From Geosiphon pyriformis uo1 (taxonomy: Eukaryota > Fungi > Glomeromycota): a stretch of 62,917 nt of DNA. The stretch lies in NCBI GenBank assembly GCA_016748015.1, contig JAAOMT010000787.1:25008-87924 (forward strand). Reading direction: 5' to 3'. How positions within the stretch are numbered: the first letter of the stretch is position 1; the number at the start of each line of letters is the position of its first letter. The notes below the pieces were generated by a model. It ran no database searches. It had not been told where the DNA came from and worked only from the letters and a program-made list of their open reading frames with translations. The translations under genes were made by a program, and so were the position numbers. Of the stretch, positions 49,229-61,352 are shown piece after piece.

Positions 49229-52200
49229 GCAAGGCAATTTCGGCCTTTGGATTATGTCTTCAATGGTGTCTTCTCTGATGTGATACATTCAATCAGTTTT
49301 GATGAGATGTTTGGTGTTATTTCAAATTTGCCCAATAGGAAAACAGCTGGTCTTTCTGGTATCACTAATGAACTTTGGAAATACTGTGACAAGTCGGTCT
49401 TGGATATGCTTTTGGTGCTCTTAAATTTTTGTTTGGATTGTGAATCAGTGCCTGGACCTTGGAGAAAAGCCTGGATCTCAATGATACCTAAATCTTATGA
49501 GTGAGAGGGGGTTCTTACAAATACCTGTCCCATTGCTTTGATTGAGACAACTCGCAAGGTTTTTTTTAAGATTCTTTCAGATCAGATCTCTCTGGCTTGT
49601 AGCACTTTTGATGTCCTCTGTGGGGACAATTTCTCTGTCCTGAAAGGTACATCTACTTAATTGCCTATCTTCGCTATTGGTTTGGTGATCAAAGATGCTT
49701 TGGAAAAGAACCAAGAATTGTGGCTGGTTTTACAGAATATGCACAAAGCTTATGATTCTGTTGGTTGGGAGCATCTTAAAAGAAGTTTGATCAGAATCAA
49801 AATGTGTAACAAATTTATCAGATTTTTTGGTAGCATTTATAATAGTCACACTAACAAAGTAATAACAGATTTTGGTTTGACTGATTCATAATAAATTGGA
49901 TCAAGGGGAGATTTTTTTGCCACTTTTCTGAAGCATATTTTATGACTCACTTTGTGTGAGGTTAAGAGACAGGAGAGCATTTGTAATTACAGGTTGATTT
50001 TTCATTTTATTTTTAAGATTGGCTGGATAGAATCTCAAGCTGGGCTAATGTTGTTTCTGGCTACTGGTGCTTTTGTTAATGATATTATCTGAGTTGGTAG
50101 CAGTCAGGCTGCTACACAACACATCCTCAATATTGCTAGTGATTTTTTTTGTTTAAATGACATTTCGATAAACAATGACAAGATTGTGGCCATTCCTATT
50201 AACTATTAGGTCACTGTTCCTTATCTAACTATTAGTGGTCTGCCAATTTCTATCGCTAAAAGAGGTGAATCTCATCATTATCTAGGGATTTTTTTATTTT
50301 CTAAAAGTCTTTTAAAGCCTAGCTTGGTTAAGGCACATTCAGATGTTTGGTTTTTCATCAATTTCATTCTAAGAAAAGTTATTTCAGATAAACAGTTTGC
50401 TTATTTGGTGTCTTTAGTTCTCCTTTCTATTGTCAGCTACAGAACTCAGTTTAGTTTTATTCCTTTCAGTGTGTATAATAAATAGGACGCTTTGATTTAC
50501 AAGAGCCTGAAATCCAAATCTGGGCTGCCTTTGGACTTTTCCAATGATGTGCTTTATCATTCTTCCTTGTACAATTTAAAAACTTTTAAGCAGATTCAGG
50601 CTGAAAGCAAGTCGGCTTCTGTCATTGCTTTTGTGAATTTGGTTGGTGTTTTGGGTCGTTTGTTTTTTCATAGGTCTCATGATTTCCAGATTCTCAGCTG
50701 GTATTCTCGTCACCCTTTGTTGTTTCCTGTTCATGTTAGAGTCAGCTCTTTAAACAACTTTTTGGCAGGTGTGGTTTGTATTTTTTCTGGGTGTAATTTA
50801 TCTTTGAGTGGCTCTCTGGCTGGTGCTTTTTGTTTTCAGAACAGTACTTTTATGTCTCTAGTTCTTGGTAAGGTGATTTTTTTCAAATGTGTTTTTTTCC
50901 TCAGGCATTATGATATTGTTTTCGTAGAACAGCTTTGTAACTGGAATGGCATTGTTTTTGATTGGAAGACTTTCAAGCATTAGAAAAGACTGGACCCCCA
51001 TGGCCCGGTTCCCTTCTGGTTTGATCTTTCTGTTCGTTTTTTTGGTGGTATTGCTTCTCTTTCTGGTCATTCTCCTCATGAAGGTGTTTGTGGCTCTTCT
51101 GACATCCGTCAGTCTCTTGGTTTTGGTGTTATTTGTAATGATCTGTTGAATGTTGGTGCTGCCTGCCTCTCTGTATACACAGATGGATCTCTGAGTAACT
51201 TGAGTACTGTTGACATGTTGGCTGGTGCTGCAGTTTTCTTTGAGGACATTGATTCAGATCTGGGTATGGAGGTTTCTGGTTTGGTTTCTTTTACTTTGGC
51301 GGAGTTGCAGGCTATTGCTTTAGCTTTTGAGTGTGTTTCTTTTTTTCATTCAGTTGACTTGTTCTCGGACAGCCAGGCAGCTTTAGATGCTTGCAGGTTA
51401 GAGCCTTTATCAGTTGGCCCTAATTTCAGGAATTGTTGTTGGATTGAGTGCTGTCATATCGCCAATGTCATTTGTCGCAAAAATTTGGATGTTAATTGAA
51501 TTAAGGTTAAGAGCCATTTGGGTGTTTCAGGCAACAAGTGTGTTGATGCATTTGCTAAAAATGCTGCCCTTTCTGCCTGACATCTGCCCCACTTGGTCAG
51601 TAAGAGGTTTTTGAAGACTAGTGTTAATACAGTTTCTGGTAATTTAAGGCATTTTGTTTGTGATGTATTCAGATCAATCCATCGCATGTATTGGGAGGTT
51701 GGTTCTGGTTTCCAAGTTGTTCCAGGTTGTTTGTGTGCTAATATTGACTGGTTGAGGTCTTCTCTGGTTTGGCACTTTGACTCCCACTTGGCTTTAAGTT
51801 TCACTAGTGTGTAAACTGCTGGTCTTTGGACGTATTTTATGAAGGCTTTTCATTGTTGGCTTCCTGTTGCTGTGTGGAAGCATTTATATAATAGGAGTTA
51901 TCCCAGTGTAATGTATTTGTTTTGTGGTGATATCGAAGTCTCGGACCATATTTTTTCTTGTACATTTAACACTGTTGGTCGTGTTCAGTTGTTAAATACT
52001 TATATATTAGCTTGGGAGACATGTTCTAGTTTGGTTCAGTCTTCTTCGTGTGTCTCACAGTTGTTGTCTTTTTGTGTTGCTAATGTTGCAGTTGGTGCTG
52101 CTCTGTATAAGAGTTTTGTTTTTGGTGATTGGAATCATGAATCAGTTTTGGTTTTCAGAGATTTTGGGATTGTAACATTGGTCATTGTGGATTTTGTGTG

Positions 52201-52389
52201 TGCATTTTGTCTCTCTTTTTGGGATGATATTTGGCTGGTTTGTGCTAAATACCAGGCTTTCATGGAGAAAAATAGGCTGATTCCACATGATAGTTCTATC
52301 CCAGCCTCAGTTTCTGGTTCTCTTATGTTGTTTTCTCCTGGTGTGGTTAGATTGTTGGGTGTTGCTAAGGCTTTTGGTGTTGGTTTTGG
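49229..52389 (+). pseudogene. LINE ORF2 part 2: reverse transcriptase, RNase H and C-terminal Zn-binding motif
   Basis: KTAGLSGITNE, WRKAWISMIPK, CPIALIE, QNMHKAYDSV, DQG and AFVND (FVDD, ~50070). RNase H motifs VYTDGS, AELQAI, FSDSQAA, KVKSH..GN. C-terminal LFCGDIEVSDHIFSC. Confidence 0.9.
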
Positions 52390-53368
52390 TGTTACCAGAT
52401 GAAATTAGAGATATTATTTAGCATGAAATTATCTTATAATTCTTATCATTAATTAGCATATATTATCGTTTTAAATGATCACTTATTATATTAGCAAAAA
52501 TGTCTGAAATTATCATTTAATTAATAACCCAAATTGTACACAACACCAATGTAACCTAATTGCGATGATCAATCATGCAATACTCCGAACTATGTAACAT
52601 TCAAAAAGTTCGCCGAAATTTGTAGAAATTCGCCGAAATAATTGATAGTTCACTGAAATATCTAATAGTTTGCCGAAATAACTTATAGTTTGCCGAAATG
52701 TATCTTTAGTTTAGCGAAATTGTAGAAAATAGCAAAGTTCGAGTTCATAGAATAGTGTTACAACAAGTTGTATAAAAGAAGAGCTTCTTTCTTCGAGAAA
52801 ATATATCTTACTTTAGATTTATCTCTTAAAACTGTTCCTATACACACAAAAAGAAATAAATATCAAATAATTCGAAAAACCAAATTCTTTAATTATTGTA
52901 CTTGGAAAATTCCCAAAATCCAACTAACATTTTGAAATTGATTAGCTACCAATTTCAGTAAACTGTTAGTGACTCCAGGCCTGAATAGAAAACATTTCCC
53001 TTGATAAGATCCTATTTCTTTTACACTTCTTTTATTTTTCTTTCTTTTCTTATTACAATCATTAGGGTAGCCTACAGACGAGATTCCTGTAGAAGAATTG
53101 ACTTTTACAGCAAAGTAACTACACATTTTAGTGAGCTTCCAGACAAGCAATTCCTGGGAAAGAGTTAACGTTTACTACAACGTAACTACATAAAGCAACT
53201 GGCACGGAATTGGCCATTCCACTCATAAGCCCAGCAAGTTCAAATTATAGGAGATAATTTGAAGATAAATTCAGTTACTGGACGTTTAACCACATCCAGA
53301 AAACGTGAATTCACAGCAAATAAGTATCAACAACATTACAGAAAAGAGACCAAAAACCTCCAGTAACA
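52390..53368 (+). repeat. 5' LTR of element B (979 bp)
   Basis: TGTTAC...GTAACA ends; ~20-bp-period AGTTCGCCGAAAT subrepeats at 52606-52722; TATAAAA near 52771. Confidence 0.95.
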
Positions 53369-53370
53369 TT

Positions 53371-53388
53371 TGGTGCTCTCCCACGGAA
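53371..53388 (+). promoter_or_regulatory. Primer-binding site of element B (same TGGTGCTC core as A)
   Basis: TGGTGCTCTCCCACGGAA lies 2 nt after the LTR. Confidence 0.7.
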
Positions 53389-53413
53389 ATAACACAGCAA
53401 AAACAAATTCAAA

Positions 53414-56400
53414 GTGGCGACCACACCAGACACAACAACTCTAGAGTATTACCAATCAATTTACACCCACTGCAAGCAAAAATTCAACATTCCAGACGGA
53501 ATTAAAGTTGTCAAAAAATCAGTTTACCAATACATTGAAAACCGCATTAACAATTATCTTTTTGGAAATTATAATATCTCAGAAGTTAGAAACAACCTTT
53601 ACAATAATTTAGTACACTATTCACAGTTGGAAACTGAAGACCTTAATAGTGAAACACTTGCCACTTACTTTTACGAACTTAATTTTAACATTATCAAATA
53701 CTGTGAAGAAACATATCTAGTGCAGTCTCAATACACCATTGATTTTGAATTGGAAACAGAAACAAGCAACAAAAACAAATTAAAGCAATATTCAAGAACC
53801 ATCCCAAATACTCCAACACTACCGAAAACAACTGCCAAACATTTACAAACACCTGAACAAGGAACCAGTTCAAAACTTCTACTTACTATCACACCTTTTC
53901 TAGCTTCACTTGCACAAGCACAAACACCTAATTCACTCTTGAATTGATTTGCAAGACCAGAAGATTTTACATCACTCAGAAGTTTCATCAAACAACAAAA
54001 ACCCCTTCAAACTAGTTCCAATCTCCTTGATTTTCTAGCTGAAAATCAAAGTGAACACTTTGAGACAGCAGCAAACGAAAAAAACAACTCTGAAATAACC
54101 GAAGAAGAATCAATAAACAGTGAAAATGAAGAAAACAAAATGACAACATACATCGCAAAAATCTCTGAATTCAATGGAGAAGATATTGAGACCAGTCCCT
54201 AAGAATGGCTTGACCAAGTTACTAAAGCTGGAGATGCAAATGGATGGAATGCTGCCAGAATGTTAAGAACAATTCCCTACTTTCTCAAAGGAATAGCAGG
54301 AGAATGGTTTGAAAACCTTGCCACCCCATTCAATGATTGGAATGCTTTCAAAGCAGCCTTCCTTGAACAGTTCACCGACAATAATACCTCTATCATTCTT
54401 CGCAATCATTTTTGAAATATCAAACAAGAACCCTCCAAATCCGTTATGACTTATATTGGGAAATTCAACAAACTTCTCAGACGGATTTGCCAACTCGAGA
54501 CAAATGATTATTATTCTGATGCTCAAATCTTGGATCAATTTATCGCTGGTCTAAAAGATAAACTAATTAAAAAGGTTTGTCCACATGCACCAGAAGATTT
54601 AAACTCTGCAATACAGCACGCGAAAAGATATGAAATGGCCATAGAAGAAGCCAATTATACAAAACTTGTAAATTTGGCAATTGGAGAAACCAGTTCAGCA
54701 GCTGAGGAAAAAATTGACCAACTCACATAAAAAGTCGAAAACTATTTTATCAACTAACAACAACAACAATCCCAAAGATATTAACCACCCCAAAGATGAA
54801 ATCAAAATAACTTTGCACCACTTTCCAATAACCAGCCCCAAAATTGCCATTACTGTGGAATCTCTGGCCACTGGAAAAGAGATTGCAGAAAGCTGCAACG
54901 AGACCAACAAAATAGGGGTAATCAATGTTACTCTCTACCACAGTAATCTTATTATCAACCATTACCACCAGCTTACTATCCACCAAGACCCCAATACCAA
55001 AATAACTATTATCAGCCCGCCCCACAACCAATCCAACAGTAATACCAACAACCACCCACACAATATTATCAAGTACCTACTCGAAAACTGATTACACAAA
55101 ATCAATTCACACCACAAAACTGATACCAAGTAAACAACAGTAGAATCAATTCGAACAACCAATTGATTTTCCGAAATACCACTCAATCAAGACCCAACCA
55201 TTACCACACTCAACCCAGTTATTTAACAATGCCGGAAGAACAGGATTTTCACCATACTGTACTCTTGGAAGGTAGAGCTGCAGCACAACAACAACAAAAC
55301 CCTTTTCATAACCACATCACTATTCTACCAGCCCAAATTGCTGAAAATGCCAATCTTTCTAATATCTTTCTTTTTGAATTTGAAGCAAATGAATCACCAT
55401 TCTTGCTTAGCAATGCAGTGGCTAATGAGCAAAAAGCCATCACTGCAATGTACGCAGAAGCTGAAGTAGAAGGAAAGCCAATTCGCTTGATCCTAGACAG
55501 TGGATCAGCCGGAAGCATTATTACCTACCAGTTAATACAACAGTTGAAAAGAAATGTTGACCGACCAGCTCAAACAGTAATCATTACTGCCGATGGCATA
55601 AAAAAGACACCAGTGAGAGAAATTGACAATTTTCCATTCACTCTTGATGGAATTACCATTCCAGTCAAAGTTCTTGTAATGAACGCATCCCAGTACCAAG
55701 CTCTTGTCAGAAATGATTGGCTTCAAAAAGCCAATGCTAATCTGAATTGGGAAACACAAGAGTTAACAATCTCCTACCAAGAACAACATGCCCAAGTACC
55801 TACCATTTGTGGTACATTTAACAAATGCTCTATACTTCAACAACAATGGACAAGGAATAAAACCTGAAAAAGCACATGAAATTGATGCTAGATATGACCT
55901 AAGATATCCAGGCAAGGATACTCTTGTTCTCAAACCCAAATCTCTCACAAAAATCAACCTCAAAATTGCATTCGAAATCCTGCCAGGAGCAATGGTTCAA
56001 ATCGCCTCTCGGTCCTCTCTGGCAAGCAAAGGAATCAATGTCAGAGGAGGAATAATCGATGCTGGATATACTGGAGACATAACAGTAATGCTTCAAAATG
56101 AGACTAACTAACTATTCAAGATTGAACATGCTGAAAAAATTGCCCAAGCTATTTACCTACCCTTAATCAACATTTTGGGTTTGCAACTAGTCAATCAAAG
56201 AGAACAATTAGGAAAAAGCGATAGAAGAACTCAAGGTTTTGGTTCAATTAGACGATTCACAGTTCCAGTTAATATAGCTCTTAACACACAGAATGAATCC
56301 CACCAGATTCTCAGACTTCTACAACTGATTACCATCTCACCCTTTGGAGAACATCCAGAAATTTACACTTGCACAAAGCCAACAACCACACAACAAATTT

Positions 56401-58094
56401 TTGAGTCCAATGAACAAGTCTGCTTGGAACATAATATTTTAATCCCAAACATTTATATTTCAGAAGGAACAAAAAAAGTCTGAGTTACTTTTTACAACCC
56501 CAATAATTACCCCATAATTTTATTAAATAATTTAGAAATTGGAGTTATTCACAGTAATATATTTCAACAAGAATTACCCCAAACAGTCCCCAATTTCTCT
56601 GAAATTATTGGACATTTACTACCAAAAATCAACCCAAACCCTAGCTCTGAAAACTACTATGTTGTCATAGAAAAACTATCTCGAATCAACATGGGACAAC
56701 TTGAACTACAACAACAGACCCAGCTCAAAGAACTAATTGCAGAATTTGCTGATATCTTCGCCGAAAACAACAATGACTTAGGAAGAACTGATTTGGTTCA
56801 ACACCAAATCTATACAGGAGATGCCAAACCTAAGCGACAACAAGCCTACCAAGTTGCTCCAGAAAGTCACCAATTTATCCAAGAAGAAGTACAACGGATG
56901 CTTAACAATGAGCTTATTCAACCATCAATGAGCCTATGGGCCTCACCTGTGGTTCTAGTTAAAAAGAAAAATGGAAAGATACGATTTTGTGTTGATTACT
57001 GACAACTCAACAGTGTCACTATTGGAAATGCCTACCCTCTTCCCCAAATTGATGACATGTTGGATGCCCTTAGAAAGTCCAAATACTTTTCAACATTAGA
57101 TTTAGAGAGTGGATACTGACAAGTTGCTATGGATCCCAAAGACCGCCCCAAAACAGCATTCACTACTCAAGGAGAAAATTACGAGTTCAATGTAATGCCT
57201 TTTGGATTATGCAATGTACCAGCAATATTCCAAAGACTCATGGATGTTGTTTACAAAGGCCTCCTTTGGAAATCAGTAGTAGTTTATCTTGATGACACTG
57301 ATGTTTATTCACCATCTTTTGAGCTACATTTAATTCACCTGCGAAAAGTTTTTCAACAATTACGGAAAGCAGGATTGAAACTGAACATTGAAAAATGCTA
57401 CTTCGGAAAAACAAGTTTAGCTTTTCTTGGTCACATTGTTAGCAAAAATGGAATTAAACCAGACCCTAGAAAAATCAGTACTGTCAAAAACTTCAAGACT
57501 CCACAAAATACCACAGAATTAAGAGGATTTATTGGATTAGCATCCTATTACTGAAAATTCATCAAAGGATTTTCAGAAATTGCAAAACCCTTCAACCAGC
57601 TCACTACAAAAAATGTCAAATACAAATGAACAAAAGAACACCAAAATGCCTTCGAAATACTCAAGGAAAAACTCACAACAGCCCCAATTCTCACCTACCC
57701 AGACTTCAGCAACCAATTCTGGTTAGCAACTGATGCTTTTTATACTGCCTTTGGTGCCATCCTATCACAGTTAGATGACAATAGAAATGAGTGAGTAATT
57801 GCTTATGCTAGTAGAACATTAAAGCCAGCCGAAAAGAACTACTCTGCAACAGAATTAGAAACCACAGCAGTAATCTGGGCCCTACATCACTTCAACCTTT
57901 ACCTCAGACCCAAAGAATTCGATATTATCACTGATAATATTGGACTTAAATGGCTTCAAAACAAAAACACCCAGCTGAATATAAAACAAACCTGATGGAC
58001 AGGATTTTTAGCTAATTACCAATACATTGTATACCACAAACCAGGAAAACTTCACACCAACGTTGATTGTCTCTCAAGGATGAGGCAAGATTAG
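53414..58094 (+). pseudogene. gag-pol: Element B gag-PR-dUTPase-RT-RNase H polyprotein
   Basis: Capsid-like YIAKISEFNGED...EWF from 54140; CHYCGISGHWKRDC at 54845-54886; LILDSGSAG at 55496; RFCVDY and YLDD at 57285-57296; RNase H LATDA...YASRTL...ELE. Confidence 0.9.
55830..56250 (+). pseudogene. dut: dUTPase domain in element B
   Basis: IDARYDL, ASRSSLA, GGIIDAGYTGDI, KIAQAI and RRTQGFGS motifs. Confidence 0.9.
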
Positions 58095-58142
58095 AAACAA
58101 AACCGACACCCAATTGAATTAACAGCATCAAAACAACAAACA

Positions 58143-59499
58143 ATGAACTCCGAAAACTACAACAATCTCAAACAATATTTGGAGACATTAATAATCCCAA
58201 CATATTGGTCCCCAGATGAAAAACATCGGTTACAACAACATTATCTATCATCAAAATTTCAAAAACCCAACCAAACCACTCAGATTAATACAAGAACAGG
58301 AAAAAGAGACCATTTTATACAACATGCATTCGGATCCTTTATTAGCACATTTCGGAAAAGATAGCACCACCCAAAGAACACTAGAATACTACTTTTGGCC
58401 TCGAATGAGAAAAGACATTCACGAATATGTCGAATCTTGTGATAGTTGTCAAAGAAGAGAAGGAACTTGCCCTACAGAACCTTTAAATCCAATCAAAGTT
58501 GGACAGCCTTTTGACAGAGTTGGTATCGATTTAGTTGGACCACTATCTATTACCACTCAAGGAAACCGTTATATTGCAGTAGCTGTAGACTATCTTACTA
58601 AATGGCCTAAAGCCAGAGCCATTCAACGAGCAGATGCAAAATCAGTAGCAAATTTTATCTATGAAGACATCATTTGTAAACATGGATGTCCAATTGAACT
58701 TTTATCTGATCAGGGAACACACTTTGTGAACAACCTGATACAAGAAATTTGTGAACGATTCAATGTCAAAAGACCTCTGTCTTTGCCCTACCATCCACAA
58801 ACAAACGGACTTGTGGAACATTTTAACAGAACATTGTGTGAGTCATTAGCCAAAGTCTCAACCAATTTTGAGCAAGAATAAGATCTCTTTATTCCATTAG
58901 TGTTACTAGCATATAGGACATTAAAACAAGATACCATGAAACACACACCATTTGATTTAACTTATGGAAGGACAGCAACGTTACCAATTAGTTTCACAGT
59001 GGAAACATACCCAACACAACTGATTAATGAAAACAATTTCCAAGAAACGCTTCAGCGAAGAGCCTACACTCTGCTTAGTACATTAGAAGGAAAATGACGA
59101 ATAGCAGCCACCCATATTGAACACTTCCAAGCTCAACAAAAAGAACGGCATGATGACAAATTGCCTTCAGTCACCAATAAATTCAAAATTGGAAACAAAG
59201 TTCTCTTACACAGAACTAAAGCTGAAAAACAATGGAGTAGAAAATTTGAAAATAAATGAGATGGCCCATTTTTTATCCATAAAGTCCTAGGCAATAGATC
59301 ATACAAGCTAAGACTTGATGACAAAATCCTAGCAAAAGTTGCATATAGAGATTGTTTGAAACACTATCATTCCAGAAACAATCCTGAACCATTAATTCCA
59401 CAAATTGGTACATATTCTTCTTTGGTCAGTTCTGAAGATATTCTCCGAAACTTAGAACCAATAGTTGTCATTGAACAACCTTTCAACTTGAACACTTAA
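58143..59499 (+). pseudogene. Integrase of element B (no chromodomain)
   Basis: MHSDPLLAHF...CDSC, VGIDLVGP, LSDQG, GLVEHFN and *DGPF motifs; has its own ATG at 58143. Confidence 0.9.
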
Positions 59500-59616
59500 T
59501 TTAATTTTACTAGTCATTCTCTTATAATTTAGAAACAATTTCACAAAAACAAAAACAAAAATAACATAAAAACCCATACACCAAAAATAATTTTTATTTT
59601 TTTTCAATTGCTTATA

Positions 59617-60293
59617 ATGACTATTCCTCAAAACATTCAACAATTATCCCAAAAACTAATGTTAGCTTTAAAAACAATACCCAAATTATCTATTACTGTT
59701 ATTGAAAACCACATTAATTATACCCAAACAAAAGTAGTTACAAATTTAGCCCCAAACTCACGAAAATATCATCCATATAAAAAGAACACAAGAAGTTATA
59801 CTGGAATTTACCTGCCAGAACTTTTAAAGCTTGCTTTAAGAGAAAGCCTAATGCTCACTCCGATTAGTATTTCACCAAATGCTACAATTCAACAAAAACT
59901 TCAACTGTGTTTCAATGAGGAAAACACTGAATATCCTCTAATCTATAGATATTTTCACATTGGAAAAACACTCTACGAACGGAAACTAGAACTTACAACA
60001 GCAAACTTCACAAAAGAAGCTATTCAGAAACAACTCCACAACGAATTCAAGACAACAGCTGGATTAACAAACAGTCGCTACAGGCTTAGAGCCACTCTTA
60101 GACTTTATGACCTATTCCATACCTGTGAAAATGTACTACAAAACCCAATTTTTCAATCTTTGAAGATTTAATACATTGGAAAGCTCACAGAACTGAAATT
60201 TCAACAATTTTCAGACCAAATTTCTTTAATAATTTTAGATTATTATCTGGAAAAAACAGACAGTACTTGGACTTCGATGGAGCTCAGTCTTGA
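59617..60293 (+). pseudogene. Accessory ORF3 of element B, unknown function
   Basis: Open for ~184 codons: MTIPQNIQQLSQKL...YRYFHIGKT...RATLRLYDLF. It then reads *YIGKLTELKFQQFSDQI and, after a shift in an A-run, LDFDGAQS*. Confidence 0.75.
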
Positions 60294-60304
60294 GAAGGAA
60301 GTTA

Positions 60305-61281
60305 TGTTACCAGACAAAATTAGAAATATTATTTAGCATGAAATTATCTTATAATTTCTATTATTAATTAGCATATATTATTGTTTTAAATAATCACTTA
60401 TTATATTAGCAAAAATGTCTGAAATTATCATTTAATTAATAACCCAAATTGTATACAATACCAATATAACCTAATTGCAATGATCACTCATGCAATACCC
60501 TGAACTATGTAACATTCAAAAAGTTTGCCGAAATTTGTAGAAATTTGCCGAAATAATTGATAGTTCACTGAAATATCTAATAGTTTGCCAAAATAACTTA
60601 TAGTTTGCTGAAATGTATCTTTAGTTCAGCAAAATTGTAGAAAATAGCAAAGTTCGAGTTTATAAAATAGTGTTATGACAAGTTGTATAAAAGAAGAGCT
60701 TTTCTTTTCGAGAAAATATATCTTACTTTAGATTTATCTCTTAAAACCGTTCCTATACACACAAAAAAAAAAATATCAAATAATTCGAAAAACCAAATTC
60801 TTTAATTATTGTACTTGGAAAATTCCCAAAACCCAACTAATATTTTGAAATTGATTAGCTACCAATTTCAGTAAACTGTTAGTGACTCCAGGCCTGGATA
60901 GAAAACGTTTCCCTTGATAAGATCTTATTTCTTTTACACTTCTTTTATTTTTCTTTCTTTTCTTATTATAATCATTAGGGTAGCCTATAGATGAGATTCC
61001 TGTAGAAGAATTGACTTTCACAGCAAAGTAACTACACATTTTAGTGAGCTTCCAAATGAGCAATTCCTGGGAAAGAGTTGACGTTTACTACAACGTAACT
61101 ACATAAAGCAACTGGTACGGAATTGGCCATTCCATTCATAAGCCCAGCAAGTTCAAATTATAGAAGATAATTTGAAGATAAATTCAATTACTGGAGGTTC
61201 AACCACATTCAGAAAACGTGAATTCACAGCAAATAAGTATCAACAACATTACAGAAAAGAGACCAAAAACCTCCAGTAACA
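60305..61281 (+). repeat. 3' LTR of element B (977 bp)
   Basis: Matches the 5' LTR; preceded by PPT GAGAAGGAAG (60292-60301). Confidence 0.95.
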
Positions 61282-61285
61282 TCGG

Positions 61286-61352
61286 GTTTTACAAGTCTTA
61301 TTTGTTTTTTTCTGGTATTGGTAATGAAGTTTCCATTCATATAAGTGCTTAG
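61286..61352 (+). pseudogene. LINE ORF2 part 3 (C-terminal codons after element B)
   Basis: Removing element B and one TSD gives ...FGVGFG-FYKSYLFFSGIGNEVSIHISA* in frame. Confidence 0.8.

Larger units (their letters stand above)
52390..61281 (+). mobile_element. Ty3/gypsy LTR retrotransposon B (complete ends, inactivated)
   Basis: Two LTRs, PBS, PPT and 4-bp TSD TTGG/TCGG (52386-52389 / 61282-61285). Domain order gag-PR-dUTPase-RT-RH-IN-ORF3. Confidence 0.95.

Noticed and set aside
59617-60293. ORF3 as an envelope gene
   Set aside because: It has no signal peptide, furin site or transmembrane anchor.
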